Source: Trichoplax adhaerens | Lineage: Eukaryota; Animalia; Placozoa | DNA length: 64,000 nt | NCBI RefSeq assembly: GCF_000150275.1 | Contig: NW_002060944.1 | Span: 3,786,123 to 3,850,122, forward strand | Reading direction: 5' to 3' | Part shown: positions 27,001 through 41,742 of the stretch, piece by piece | How the letters are laid out: every line of letters starts with the position of its first letter | Numbering within the stretch: position 1 is the first letter of the stretch | The notes under the pieces: model-generated | Database searches by the model: none | Told to the model about the DNA's origin: nothing | The model's input: the letters and a program-made list of their open reading frames with translations, nothing else | Translations under genes and position numbers: made by a program

Positions 27001-30000
27001 AGATATTTTCCCTAAATGTAATAAACTGTAAATAATATCTATCCCGAAATTAACTAGAACCCAATGCAATTATTTTGCGTGATTGGAAGTCTAAATTAAA
27101 CACTTGGTTCTATTTGATGATGAATCATTTTAAATGTAAGCTAGTCTTTATATATTGATCTCAAAAAGATGAAATAATTAAAGCTCTTCTATCTGATTTC
27201 TATCTGTACTTATGCTTTAAAACTAAAACTAGTCTATGTACCATCATAGAAATATTGTCAAAGAAATTTTCATTAAATGCAGAAACAGAAAATAATGGCG
27301 ATCCTGAAAATTAACTCTAACCCAATCCAATCATGTTACATGATCGAAAGTGCAAATTTAAATACATCATCTAGTTCAAATTAACTTGTTAGAGAAATAT
27401 TTTTCTATTATAAAAGATAGAGTAATTTTCTGATGTAATTTTTGAAACTAAGAGACAGCCTTCACTGAATGAAATGATTCAATTTATTTCTAACAAATGA
27501 ATAAAATTCCCATCAATCGTAGTCAATATAAGCATTCTTACCTGAAATTTGACTGGTTGCTGTAGTTAGGCGTCGATTTCACAAATATAAAAAATAATCA
27601 AAATCGTTCATTTATTCACATGATTAAATTTAGAAATAAAAACTCTACTGGAGTTATCGCTGGTAGCTATTCCAATAGGAGCGATACGAAAAAATAGAGA
27701 GAAAAATAATTCGTCCATTATGGCAATATTACAAAGAACTCAAGTAATTTTTGGTTATACCTATCTTAATTAGCTATTTATTGAGTCATTCTACTCTAGA
27801 AATTCAATAGAAATCAGTAATAATAATATTGATATAAATCTCACTCGACTAGATACAGTTCTATACAAAAAATACTGGAAGCAATGCATTTGCTCAAGAT
27901 TTCACTAATTCCATAACTAGCGATTTTAGCCCTCGTTATAAATTTGTGTATTCTATTTCTTTACTACCATTTCACTTTGGTACAGCCTTTACTATACGAA
28001 GTTAAAATATAAGCTAATTGAAAATAATAGCTTAAAGTATTTATATATCCTTTAGATGACTATGATCTATTTACTTCAATCCGTCTTTAGTCGTCTATTT
28101 TCTACTACTTAGAAAACTTGAAATGGACTGCATGCTTTACAAGTCGAAATTCAATCACGAACACTTTGTTTTTGGAATACTTTGTTCGTAATGTGACCAA
28201 AAGAATGGCAATGATGATATTAAACATTTTTTACATAGAAAATATTTGTAGTAAATCTTCGCTCTTTTAGTCCAGTACAATTTTTGAGTATGATGAAGAG
28301 ATGCAAAGGTAATAATAAGATCAGTTATCTAGATCGGAATTGTAACCTTTATTTACACTAACTATCAGCCAAATAACTTGTTGTATAAGATTAATTTCTA
28401 TTTTGATCATTGAGAATTCCGTGATTAGATTTAGATGAGAGCAAGATCTCATAAAATCAGCCTTACCTAATGTAGATACTGATGGTCGTTGAACATTCCA
28501 AATTTTACGACTTAATAAACTTTGACATAAATTGACAGATCGGCAGGAGATATTTCCAATTTGGTTCGGATTATTTCGATCGATTTTCAGAGTAGCGACT
28601 ACGGTGGTTTCATTAATTATCTGGATATTTTGACTTGGGAATAGATGAGAACGACATTGACCATGATGACATTTTGCCCATTGGACTGACGGCCTAGGAA
28701 TTCCTTTTGCGGTACACTTGATGGTAGTAGATAAATCAGTATCATTACCCATTCGATCTGATTGCACAATACCTAAATTAATGCATTCTATTAGAAAAGA
28801 GAAGCATTTGCTCTTCAGTTTGTTCATTTATATGCATGCAATATCTTGAATAGTAGTGATGTAATCAAAACGGTATCTAGTGAAAGATCAGACGAAAGAA
28901 ATATGAAAAAATGATATATCAGAACCAATTGAAATGTACTTAAATTGTACCCTTTAATTCTAATTAATAAACACTCTCATCTTAGTAATCTCTAACTACT
29001 ATATACTTATGTCATAAATTACAAATTGCACTCATAGATTTCTATTTTAAAATCGGAAAACTATTTTAAGCCAGCTAAGTTGATGAGATATATGCTAGTT
29101 ACAATTGAAATACAGTTAAATTGGCTTCTTAAATTGCGACTAATAAATACTGTCATTTTAGTAATCTCTAATTACTATCTATTGGAGTAATAATAAATAC
29201 TACGCTCACAGATCTCTATTTTTAAATCTGAAACTATTCTAAGCCTACTTAGTCGACGAAATACATGCTGGCTACTTCCTTCCTGAATTCAATTGAAATG
29301 GAATTAAAATTGTGCTCTTAGATTGTAATTGATAAATGCTCCTATTTTAGCATTTTCGAACTACTATATACTTGTGCCATTAATTAAAAATTTCATTTAT
29401 AGATTTCTATTTTTATATCCGAAACTATTTTAAGCCTGCTCACTGGATAAGATTCATGCTAGTTACGTCCTTCCTGAAATCTCCGATTATCTATGATTAT
29501 TACAAACTTTTACAGCTGATTAAAAACACTTGTATATGTCTTCATTCTGAAAGCCTAAACGGGCTGTCAACAAAAAATAGACAAGAAGCACACTAGCATA
29601 CGTCTACTTTTATAGGTAACACTACAACATATTTTGTAAACAGTAGTAAGTAAATACCTAGTATCTACTTTTAACACAACTGTCATAAATTGTTATAAAA
29701 AATCGGCTAAAGTATCTGATTTCGAATCTCTGCAATTCTTGTCAACTTTAAAGTTGGCAAGAATACATCGCTAGTCTAGTACCTCCACTTTTTATAGGCA
29801 AGAAAATTCAGCAGCTGCATTAGCAATTATGCTTATAGACTTCTACCCTAACCGATAAATCAATTATCAACTTGTTTCATGGATGAGAATGTGCTAAACT
29901 ACTTTAATCCTGGCCATCAAACTTAAAATTTTCTCCAACTTGCAGAAAATGTTAGGCAAGTAATCAAACTTGCGACTTGTAGCCTATCTTTTTTAACACT

Positions 30001-32195
30001 GTACTATGAAATTTGCCTTTCTAAAGAAAAGGTCAGACTAAAATGGGCATGATCTACAGTAATCAATAGACTGATATAGTTAAAACTATTTCGGTTTAAA
30101 CAGATTGCACGGTAAGACATTACCCAAACATACACGGTTGCAAAATACTGTATTTTTAATCATCGCCATACAAAATAGTTGTACCTTTAGCTTGTAAATT
30201 GACAATCGCTTGCTTATACCATGAGCATCCACACGAATGACCAGCAAATCGGAAATCATATTTCCCTACAGTCTGCTTTGACATCTTTCTAATCCTTAAC
30301 GTAATATTATACAGGCAGCATCGCGAATATGCTGTTGAGCAGGACAAACCACGACTAACGATTGTGTTATTCTGACTATCGGCTACTTTATTATTTCGTA
30401 GGAAGCAAAATAACGCTGGTACCATGCACAGATCATCGCAACTAAATCCACTAAATTTCATGGTAAACGTAAGATCATAGGGAAAACCATAATAAGCGGA
30501 TTGATGTGGTTGGTAAGGTTGCAGTTGACAATATTCGCCATTATCTGCAAGAAATGATTCATTTAAGATATGTAAAAGAGCGATGAAAATAGAATAGAAA
30601 TGACCTAAAGATTGTAAAGATATCATATAGAATGACAAGGCTATCATATAGTAGCTATGTTGTATAAGCTAAATCAGTATTGAATTACAGCTAGTGTTGC
30701 TATTTCTACTTCAAGATTTGATACCATCAAAGTCTACGATACTTGAAAATTTAAATATACCTGATGGTGATCCATTTAAAGATCTCGTCGATTGTATGGC
30801 CGTTGGCAATCTACAGCGGGCTAAGTAGTTCGAAGATAGAATGTTAGTCAGTAGAGATTATAAGATAGAACTTGGTATCCATTCGATATGATGAAGTAAG
30901 AAAGAAAGTTACGCTTGCCTGGCAAGTCATTGAATTCCGTTTTGGGAATATGAGCTAGAGCTGTAGATACTTGTCCATTTTGAATTAATATTACTAATAT
31001 TTGACTAAGTAAATCAACAAATAAAGTAGAAAAAATAACCAAAAAGTCTTATACATTCGAGCATAGCATAACTACAACTATGTTATCAAAGAAGGTATGG
31101 AATAGAAGAAAGTCCAGAAAGAATACTAGGATATCGCATGTCTGACAGAGCTTAATTACATCTTGCTAAATAAATAAGAAGAGGGACTCAGAAGACATCA
31201 AAGAAAAATCGTAATGACATTGCATACTCGTAGAGGATACGACATGGCTGTTGCTAATTAATTAAATAAAGCAAGTGAAATCGCGAAGGGCTATGAAAAA
31301 ATTCAAGGAAGCCTGTAAAATTGCTATAAAGTAAATAGCACGAGACCAATTGCGATCTAGTTATTACTGCGTTGAAGTAGACGAGTAAGCATAGGAAATG
31401 GGATGAAGTTAAACAAAATTTAAAAGGATTCTAAATCATAATGCAGCATAATTGTGGCAAAATAAATGAATAAAACCTTAAACTTTCAGTTAGCCAATAT
31501 CATAGATAAAGAAATTAATCAATACAATTGAAAATGATTATTTTACATAATAAAGTTTAGCTCTGACTGCTGTTTTAAGAAACTAATCACCATAAGAAAT
31601 AGAAAGTTATCAGGACATATTACAGTTTGATATCTCATCCATGATAAAATTTAATCAGGTTAGCTATTTGAATAAACGAATAATCATACGAAATAAGATA
31701 CAATTAAGCTAAATTATAAATGTTATCCTGTACTTATGCAAGGTAAAGCTTAGTTATGACGGCCATTCAAATAGACAAATAGTCATGAAGTATAAAAAAA
31801 TCAAGCAAATTAGCAAAGGTTTTAAGATTGTATGAACGAGGGATTTACTAAAATAAGTTAGTTGGTTAAATAGGCATGAATTACCAAAGGAAAGAAAAAA
31901 CCAAGGCAAGCTTATAATCATTTGCAGGAATAGAGGATAAATTATAATAATGCTTGCATTTTAATAGGATAAGTATACACATAAAATAGGAGAAAATTAA
32001 GTAAGATTGTAGTAACATTGTAGCAAGGATGAAGGATGGTAAAGCTACTAATTAGCAAAATGAACTACCATGCAATATGTATGAAATCTGAAAAAATATT
32101 TTCAATTCAATCGATTACTGCTATAATCTTACATACATGATGATGGATATCTTAAATATCATATTACTGGTCTTGAACGGTAGAGTCGTCGCCAT
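23554..32195 (-). CDS. Gene A: predicted type I receptor SP-Ig(V-like)-Ig(I)-Ig(V-like)-Ig(I)-TM-TIR/SEFIR-like, ~766 aa
   Basis: Hand-spliced exons: 32195-32137, 31004-30913, 30820-30761, 30544-30185, 28787-28467, 27559-27542, 26791-26402, 25824-25519, 24593-24441, 24095-23554. All GT-AG, continuous frame (2301 nt). The first two exons and the 18-nt micro-exon are least certain. Confidence 0.7.
24441..24593 (-). CDS. Gene A transmembrane exon
   Basis: ttcag|...|gtaagt, 153 nt, phase 1/1; IILIITFGSSTGLVSIVVLIVVFIP followed by basic DRRTK. Confidence 0.8.
25519..25824 (-). CDS. Gene A membrane-proximal I-set Ig exon
   Basis: VTFSCFARGNPRPQIQWTK...STLTIYRTEGEDLGNISCQSVN; ctag| acceptor, |gtaaga donor, 306 nt. 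Confidence 0.85.
26402..26791 (-). CDS. Gene A third ectodomain: Cys-rich atypical V-like Ig exon
   Basis: YFGLPYDITF...NITLRIQNVTVDDLGEYQF...HCQC; 390 nt, phase 1/1. Confidence 0.8.
28467..28787 (-). CDS. Gene A second ectodomain: I-set Ig exon
   Basis: TIKCTAKGIPRPSVQWAKC...ATLKIDRNNPNQIGNISCRSVN; 321 nt; donor |gtaagg. Confidence 0.85.
28950..29480. repeat. Intronic ~180-bp tandem repeat (3 copies); similar local duplications at 25990-26370 and 26900-27380
   Basis: Recurring tagtaatctcta..tactat...agatttctatttt.aaatc.gaaactatt.taagcc block. Confidence 0.7.
30185..30544 (-). CDS. Gene A first ectodomain: Cys-rich atypical V-like Ig exon
   Basis: YYGFPYDLTF...FCFLRNN...NITLRIRKMSKQTVGKYDFRFAGHSCGC; gcag| acceptor, 360 nt. 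Confidence 0.8.
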
Positions 32196-34555
32196 GAATA
32201 TTTTGATAAAGGATTCTTCTTTCTCCGCTAATTAAATAATTCTTTAAATTCCTGGTAAAAATTTACTTATTTCAACATTTTTCTGGAAAATGATTAAAGA
32301 ACTCTACTTAATATGTTATTATTCAATGCCTGTTGGCAATATCAAATTAGCAAAAAGAAAAGACGATTTATTAGTTCACATACGAATAGAAAAACTCTAA
32401 CATAATTCACATCTCTGTAAGTAGCTGGAATGAACAATAAACATGTCCAAAATTTAATCAATAACAAGCTTACTTCTATAAATCAAAGTTAAATCCTCGA
32501 ATTCGTACATAAAATGCTAAAACTTTTTAAGTTGTTTTTACATGTGCCACAACTACTCTTGCAACATAAGAAAGCAGCTAAGTACTTATAATAAACTTTA
32601 CGTTAATCCGCAGAACTACTTCCCTAGCCTACGGTATAGCAACTGGAATCCTTGCGAAGTACTAACTCACTCAACACAATATACGATATAAAACTATCAT
32701 ATAACATAGCCTTAACCTGTATATATGCGTACTTGCAGTTGATTTATTTTTTTATTTTTATCCTAGCGTCATCAGAGATTGCCCTAATTTATATTCTGAG
32801 ACAAGTAAAAATAAACTATTAGTTATTTTATTTACTTTTCAAATTTTTTTTTAGAAATATTGTTTTAAGGAATACATTTTTTATGTAATGTTACTAGTAT
32901 CAATACTTACTGTTACTAATTATAGGCTATTACAACTATGTATCACAAAAGTTGCAGCGATAAATATAGATTCATTTACTAAAGGATTAAGGTTAACTAT
33001 GTACGTATTTTCATAGGGATTTAATTAATAAGATAAATGATTATAATATTAAAAGGTTAAAAAGATACATTATCTCATTTTAGTTAATATAAGCTAATGA
33101 CATACTTGAATAGCTTGGAAACATGAAATTAGAAAATCTACATAAACTCTTAACTTTAACAATAGAATTAGTCTTTCTTCATTATCTTCAATAACTCTCG
33201 CCTCGTAATCTTTTTTATACTTACAGTGATAGTTGATCATCAAAAGCTGTCAAATAAAATAAAACGTAGATTGGCTTATTTTTATGAGGATATTGTGATA
33301 CCCTGATGATGTAGGCAAGACGAATGAGCTAGATATGCCAAAATAGATTTACCAATTTGAATAGAATACTATACAGCTAGAGAACATCCATTTTCTATGT
33401 TTTCTTACTAAATTCCCTACTCTATTTCAAGATTTTAAACTTTTTAAAATTTTAATTGATTTCGAATAACTTACCCTAAAAATCGTTGATTTCTTCATAG
33501 GATTGAATAAGATACTAATGCAAGCATCAAGACATAGTGATGTTTATAGCTAAGGAAGATGTGATTTCTGTAAGCCCGTGATTTTCTCCCTAATTTATTA
33601 TTTTTAAATATGTTTAAATGATTACCGTTCTCACAATTACGAATTCCTTATACGTACTATTAAATAATATTCTTAATATATTATTTATCATAAGCGCAGG
33701 TTTCACAATTATATAAATTATATTTCAATTTTTGTAGATTAAAGGAATTTCTAACTCGATCTAGCAACATTTTCGTCTTCCTTTTCTCCTTATTTTCTGT
33801 TTTTTCTAGCTACTTTGTTGACATAATAGGCGTATAATGATTTCGGTAGAATTATCTTTGCTATCGTGACAATCAAATTCCATTCATTTATAATGATAGT
33901 ATTTCTTGCTTTAAGCAACTTTCTGTTGAAACGGTTTCTTCATTGGTAAAATAGTGGTCCCTTTCCCCTTTTTTCAACCGAAGGGTTTCAATCTTGGTAA
34001 ATTCAGTATGAAATTTGTATATTATTTTTCTCAGTCTTCCCCAATTTTGATTTCATTACGGCATATTAAGCTAGAACTATTATTAATAGGCTATTAATAG
34101 TTGATTCTAACTTTATGGCATGATTAAAATGGAGTGATAAAAAATTAGTATCCTGCCTTCCAAAGGATAAGGGTAAAATTTCCTTTATGATCATTAAATT
34201 CAATTATATCACTTTCTATCCCCGTCTGTTAATCTCTCCCGAAGCTATAACTTTCATTTTAAGCTGCTAAAATTGGCTTTTAGCAGCTTCTTAAAGTGGT
34301 AGAACTATGTTTAAATTACTACCATTGGCGGAGTATACTTATTTTCTATACGTTTTTGATAGATTAAGAATAAATCAATTTTAACCGGATTTAAGAGATT
34401 TTTCGTCACTTTTCCATAATCGAATGATACGGTACTGAGTGCATCTCTATTTAACAATTTACATCATCAACGATGATTACAGTCAGCCTATTTTAATTGG
34501 TTAAAAGCATTCTGTAACTAATCGTATATAAATCGTGAATTTTGCTGTAATAAGT

Positions 34556-34618
34556 AGATTGTCAGATTGTCAGATTGTCAGATAGTCAGATATCAGATTG
34601 TCAGATAGTCAGATAGTC
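34556..34618. repeat. 8-bp microsatellite (CAGATWGT)n
   Basis: agattgtcagattgtcagattgtcagatagtcagatatcagattgtcagatagtcagatagtc. Confidence 0.9.
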
Positions 34619-35414
34619 CTTGGTAGTTAGACGAACCTAACTTCTGTAATAAAGTGAAATTTGCAAAAAACTGTAGTTCTTGATTTATTGTTTTGATGAT
34701 CACTTTATCACAATTGGGTTTGCTATAATAAAAGTCCCTGTATTACAATACTGCTAAGCAGAGTAATATTGCATTAGCCACTAGAGTAGGGTGAAAAACA
34801 TAAAAATATGCCGCGATAAAGTTTAATCATTTTCTACCAGATAAAAATAACGGTGTATCTCTCTATATACTATTTCTATAGCTTGCATTAGTGATATTAT
34901 CACTACTTTCATGTCGCCGCTAACAGAGAGTGATAATTTAAACTTTCATTAAATTAGGGAAAACATCTTTTAATAGAGGTCAATCGATTGAGTAAAATTC
35001 TACTTTCAGCAAGTTGATGCATTACTTTCTACATTTGTAAAGTAGTGATATAAATCAAGCGATCTCACCGTTAAGATACTACAGTTACCATCAAATAGTT
35101 CGCGCTTAAGTTTTGCCGAGATATTTTTAATATTACTATAAATATACGAGCAAAAATTATCTATCCTCCAGTAGATTAAGACAAATAGTTATTTAAAACA
35201 CTAGATATCACTTTTAGCTTCTGTAAAATGGATATAGATTCGGTTAATATTGCTACTACTTGTATTAAAAATTAAAAGTAATTAAACTGTGTTACTATGT
35301 TATATTACATCCAAATATCGTTTGCAAATTAACTTCACAAATAGATGGTATGCTTTTTAAGCTCTAATGATAAAATCTTTATAATCTTGAGTTGAGTAAT
35401 GTACTTAAACAAAA

Positions 35415-38400
35415 TTATAGCATATGAGATTCGTCTAGTAGCGGTGATTGATCACTATCATCGACATGAAGAGCTACAGGATCCACATCAGGATTAATAT
35501 TCCTATCGGTATACATCATACTGGTGCAAAGGTAGTCATTTTTCTAGAGAGATTCCTCCAATCTTTCATAGAAGTCAGACTGATGCTTTATATCCATATT
35601 ATCAGCCCATTCTAGACACTCGATATCATTGAAAAAGTGAAAATTTTGACGACTATTAACAGAAATTGTTATAATCTTACAATTATTATCATCACATGAG
35701 TGGAAATACTGCGCAATAAACGATTGAAGCCTTAGTAGTTAGATCGATTGATATCGTCGTCTGTAAGCATTAAAATAACCAATTTAAAATACTCAATCAT
35801 ATCATGATAGACTTGTAATTCATATATCTTTCCATCACGATTACTTAATTCCTTTACTCGGTTATCAAATTGACTTTCCTCTGCAGGATTGCGTTGCCAA
35901 TACATCGTTTCGTGCTCAGTGAACGGCACTGGTATGAAACCATAAACAATTCTCTTGACTTGATTTGATATTTGGCCATAGCATACGATTAAAATATTTT
36001 CTAAGATATCAAATAAGAAATTTTACATTACTTTTATACATCTAAAATCAAATTAAACGACTGTATGTTTATTTCTTTACTAATTTTAATTGCCAATCAT
36101 TCAATTTAAAGGTTATCGGTATAGAATCATCAATAAACTATATTACAATAGCAAGTGAATGCATTATATAAATATTCTTATTAAAACTAATCTTTTATAA
36201 CCGTTCATATATTTCATTACTAAATCGATCAGCTATCCAATTTCTAAAAGCTTTGCAATTATCAATGAACTACTTTATGGCAAAAAACCAATATCAATAT
36301 CTTAATCAAAATTAAATTATACAACGATTTATCCATTTCATTACTAATTCTAATTATCGATTATCCAATTTAAAAGCTATTGACTCATCAATAAATGAAT
36401 ACATTTGTTAAGGCAGTAAAATATCGTGAAAAATTAATCACATATTAATTGAGCGCATAGACTTGATTTAGCTTATGGGTGTGAGTCCATAGTTCCATTT
36501 TTAGGTAGAGGGTTGCAGGAAGGACAAGTAATTTGGTCGTAGTGAGCTATTTACGCTAGAATCTACTATAACTGTAGTTAATTATAGTGATTATATAATG
36601 GGAATCCTAAATTTGGCCTAGCTCAGAATTATAAGAGCAAGATTTACAGACTGACGCGTATGAATTATTCGTAGGCCTTCGTATAATATGGTATGTTTCG
36701 TAAAATTGCTAATTATTGGTCAAAGATCAAATATAGATGTTTAATACAAAATCTTGCTATGTAGTAACAGTAATTCATGTTATAGAAATGCTGTAGCTAG
36801 TACGACTAGACTGGATTTTAAAGAAGTCCTGAATGAGACATTTTGGTTGAATTAGCATCTATTATTGGAAAATTTACTTTAATTATAACTCTGTATGCGA
36901 TCCTACTTATTATAATATTAAAAATCTATTGAAGACTGGTAATTTCGATCAATGAAAGCATTATTGATTTTTCTCAGTTCTTTGCGTACAATACTATTAC
37001 TGTACTTGGCAAATAGTGTTACTATACTAAGTGAAATTTAGTATTGTAGCAGCTTTGTATTAATATTCTAATAAAAATAATTAATACCACGTTATGTCTA
37101 TTTTATTGCTGATTTTGATATTTCTACAATCATTAATATATAATTTTTCAGCGATATATAAATATAATCTATCAGTCTCCTAAATCATGTTAATCTAGGA
37201 CTAATTTTTTATAATAATAGCAATTTTTCCCGTCCATTTAATTTCTAAAAACTATACAAACATTGTAGTGTATTTAGAATATGCTGTAAATATATTCTAC
37301 TCCTAAATATAGACATGTTGTATTGCTCTTATATTTAGACAGATCTACAGTCCGCTTACTCTACATTCATATATAGACTACTGTATTTAGTTATTACGGT
37401 ACTCGCTGTTTTCTACAATCATCTGCTATTTTGTAACCTATTATGGTATATGTTGTATCTAATTCCACAATCCTATGCTCTGCTTGTGCTCTATCTTTAA
37501 AACTATAAATACTGGCGATTTCTACCTCAGAGTTCGTTAGCCTCTCAGTTAGTCTTCTAGTTAGTCTCTCACAGTCTAATACTTCTACTCGTCACTCACG
37601 ACAGCTTGCACGCTGATCTACCGTAACTACCCCCCTGTACTTCACATTACTAACCTACAATAAAGCATAACTTTTATAAACCCTTTGGTGTAATAATTGT
37701 AAATGGCGACTAAATCTCAATCCACTGAGATATTGAACCCTCCATCACAAACATCAATAAAGTATTTTATGCCGATGAAGATAAGGACATACCAACATTT
37801 TAATTAATACGACTGCCAATCTACTACGTTACTAATTTCAGTTGTCTAATTTTTAAGAGCCATAGAATCATTAATAAACTCTTTTATTCAAAAATACTCC
37901 ATATCAATGCAGCAATAAAATCAATTTATACTACTTTTATCCATTTTATGGCTGATTTTAATTGCCCGTTGTCCAGTTTTTAAGAGCTATGCAACTATCA
38001 AAAACTATTTGCTGTAATAACGAATATACTAACCACGACTTGGAGCAATTTGACCTACCAACTTGACCTGCTTCTGTGTGATTCTTCTTTCATGAATAAG
38101 TAGGCTAACAAATACCAGAAGTGCTATGGCAGCAATGCCGATAGAGATACCAATCGGGATCATCACTAGAGAATTTGGTTTATCGACTATCATGGCGTTC
38201 ATAATTTGGAAACGGAAAAAACTGATATGAAAGATAACGAAATTCAGACTACCAATAATGGCAGTGAATGGCCAGTATTATTATACTATCATTAGCCAAT
38301 ACTGTTCTAATGTTTGATGTCAATTTAGAGCTCAAAATTGCTGGACTAAAAATAATTCTAAATTTTGTATGCGTGCATGAAATATTTACCCTCAGTACGG

Positions 38401-41400
38401 ATGAATTTTCATTGTACTTTCAATTTAAAATTATACATTGGTGTATACAGTACTGGAATTATTAGATTTGAACTAGAATGGATTTATAGATATTTTGTAA
38501 CTTTAAAATATCTACCAGAAATGATACTAGCTTCAATTATAAGCCCATTACATTCTTGTTAAATGATTCTGCTTTAGAACTTGCTATCAATGAGTGCAAA
38601 CTGTAAGAACGAATCGGTATTTGCGGTAGCTCGAATTTATGAATATTAGTAACATGAATTATAATTGCGTAAACCCGGTAGTGAGGATTTCTATTATACT
38701 AGAATTGATAAAGAATATTTGGGAAGAATTATCTTATTGCATAGCTTTAAATCTATCGAGATATTATCTCCAATTGATGATGATAATGAATTTCTTCGAT
38801 ATCAAGAATATAGAGAATATGTTAGTTTAATTAAGTACGACTGAAAAATAGTCACCTACGCATGATGATGTATTTGAAATCAGGTTTAAAAACCACAAAT
38901 ACACTATATGAGAATTATTCTTTCACCTACAGTATATACTTGACTAAAGCGAATAATATAACGTGCTGAAAACTTGCGTATTATGAAATTATATTTGCAC
39001 AATAATACCCAGTTATTAAAAAATCAAAGCCTTTGCATCGACTAACGACTATTTCATTACTAGTTGATGAATAATACTTGAATACAGATGATATTCTATT
39101 TCCAAATTTAGTCAATCTATTCGGCATTGAATTAGCCACATTGTTCAATTAATATCTAATTTCTCAACTAGAGTTAAAATTAATGATTGCTAATCAAGAC
39201 TACACTGCAATCAGAATATATCGGAAATGGTTTCTATTTAGAAGAAACCTAGCTTACTTAGAGGTACGGTTACTGTCATTAAATTGGACGCCACAGATTC
39301 GCATCGATTAACTGAGATACAAGAAAAATTTCCAATTTGACCAGGTTCTGTTCGATCCCTGATCAAAGTACTTCGAGTAGTAGTTTGGTTGATATACTCA
39401 TATGTAGTATTATTAGAAGGGTATAATATTATGATAATGGCCATTATAATATCTTCTTCAGACGATTTCTGGTCTTGAATTCCCCTCACTGTACACCGAA
39501 GAGTTATCTCTTTCGATGTTTCTTGCTGAGTGATATTAATTATGCCATAATTAAGACATGCTGCTTTCAATATAGAGAATGGAAAACTAAATTAGAATCG
39601 AAATAAGATAGATAATATCATAAATCCTTGATAAATCTTAAAGAGGATAATAATTTATAATGATAGTTATTCCACAAAATTAGTTGTGACTATCCCAAAC
39701 TACTAGAATACAATAGATCATTCTCAAAATTACCTAGAGCTTTTAAATCGATAAATCTTTGATTAGTCAAACCACATCCCCAAGTATGACTAGCAAATGT
39801 GAAACTGTAATTCCTACATCGCTAAAAGTAAATTTTCGAAATGCTAAGGTATAACTATAAATGCAGTAAAGATCTAGTTTAGGACACGGAGTTGGAGTAA
39901 TGAATGTATTATTTTTATCATCTACAGCGGTACTATTTTGAATAAACAAGAATTCTCCACCAAATTGGTGTGACATTTCATTTTATTGGCTTTTATTCTA
40001 AATGTAAGATTAAACGGATGGCCGATATATCCGAATTGTTGACATTCAAAGGGCAATAATTTGCAGTCTTCATCTTAACATATTTCCTGTGATAATATCT
40101 TCTTTAAGTAGCGTAAAGTATTTTAAGGTAGACGATGATAGAAGGTATAAAGGATTTCATTGAGATACAAGTTATAGGCTAACAATGATATGGTTGTTAT
40201 AGATAAGTTATTTGAGATAGCAGGAACGTAGGAACTGACTAACGAGTTAGCTTACAAAGGTATTTATAGGTTTTAGATGAGATTGAGATAATGTCTTTAT
40301 ATGTATAGTATGTCGTCTATATATCGTCATGATGTCGTACATTATGAATGTAATGCAATACAGTACTTAAACGGTATATGATAAGTATTCGTATATTGGG
40401 ATATTACTATGCTAGGCATCTTCTATATAAGATCATAATGTTACATTTCCTAGTGGAAACATAAAGATAACTCAATGTTAATAGGCCTGTCTAAGATAAT
40501 TTTTCAATTTCAAAAAGGCAACAGCAAATAGTAACTACTAATAACAGTAGAAGAAATATTCAATGGAACGAATCCATTTCATACATAATTAATTTAATCC
40601 CCTTTAAATACCAATCAAAAGGATTTATCGACGAAATAAGCTAGATCACGATAAATTTGTCTGACGATTTAACTCTATTTGCTATATAATGAAATGGTTG
40701 GAAAGTAAATATTTGATATCATCACAATATTAGAGAAGTTTCTAGCAGAATTATGTTATTCTATAGTAAAAGAATCAGCTAAAGAACTGATATTCGAGTA
40801 GATAGGATCAGAATAAATACGTATATTTCTTAATTATTACTGTTGTAAGAGTCGATCAGCAATAGTAGCTAAATACGATGGATAAAGTGATTTAAAATTA
40901 ACTAGCTAAAGAATTTGATATTCAAGTATAAAAGGTCAGATTAAAATAAAATTTATTTTGCTACTAATAGACGATAATAATTATATAATCAATAAGTTTC
41001 TCATGCATATGAAACTATTAATTCCACGAAAATCTGATATTAACTTGCTGCAAGAATCCAATATTTAAGTAGAATAGATGGATACTTTAGGTTGCAATTA
41101 TCCAAAGTGTCAGCCTCGAAATAGTAAAAATGCCTATTACATCATTTTATAATGCTGCAATAATAATTAATTACCATGTACGATAGTTGATTGATCCATA
41201 TAGTGATAGGAGTTTGATATAAGCAATATGATACACCAAATGATTATGGCAATGAAGAATAGGATTTATTCTTAAATGATGAAGAAATCATAGGAAGGAA
41301 TTAAATACAGTAAGCAGGATTAAATTTTGTTTTATTTTTAAGATATTTACCTTCAAAATGTAGTCAAATTTTGCAACGAGCTAAAATAAGATAAGAAAGA

Positions 41401-41742
41401 TAAAAAAAGATTTAGTTAATTACTGTATGAAACTGCTTTGCTAGCTCGTTTTTCTAAATTATTTACTATAAGCAGGAATCAATCTATCTAAAATACGGAT
41501 ATATGGTCAATGATAACTAAATCCTAAAAACGAGTAAATTAAGCTAATTAACTTAAGTGTTTTAAGTTAGACATATTCTTAGTGTTTACTAGGGCACAAA
41601 CGTATAAAAGAATTTTATTTTGCAGCTGTTTTAATATTATCAACTTACTTGGTATGGAAATCACTCCATGCGAAGCAATACTAGTGCATACAATCGGAGC
41701 AAGTAGAAATAGAAGGAATGAACTGATTGATCTATTTGCCAT
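35415..41742 (-). pseudogene. Gene C: disrupted Ig-Ig-TM-TIR-like paralogue (D/E subtype)
   Basis: Exons: signal 41742-41649 (MANRSISSFLLFLLAPIVCTSIA); micro-exon 41380-41351 (in-frame TGA); Ig1 40073-39734 (2 frameshifts); Ig2 39560-39258 (compensating shifts erase GNPRP..W); TM 38186-38034; TIR 36000-35415 (TAA 35732, frameshift, TAG 35544). Confidence 0.85.
37264..37749 (+). mobile_element. Solo LTR, family Y, copy 2 (in the last intron of pseudogene C)
   Basis: TGTAGT...ATCACA termini, TSD AACAT (37259-37263, 37750-37754); TATAAATA ~37504 and AATAAA ~37659. Confidence 0.85.

Noticed and set aside
27542-27611. Separate start/signal exon for a 2-Ig version of gene A
   Set aside because: The ATG at 27611 meets an in-frame TGA before the donor and the peptide is not signal-like; the micro-exon model fits better.
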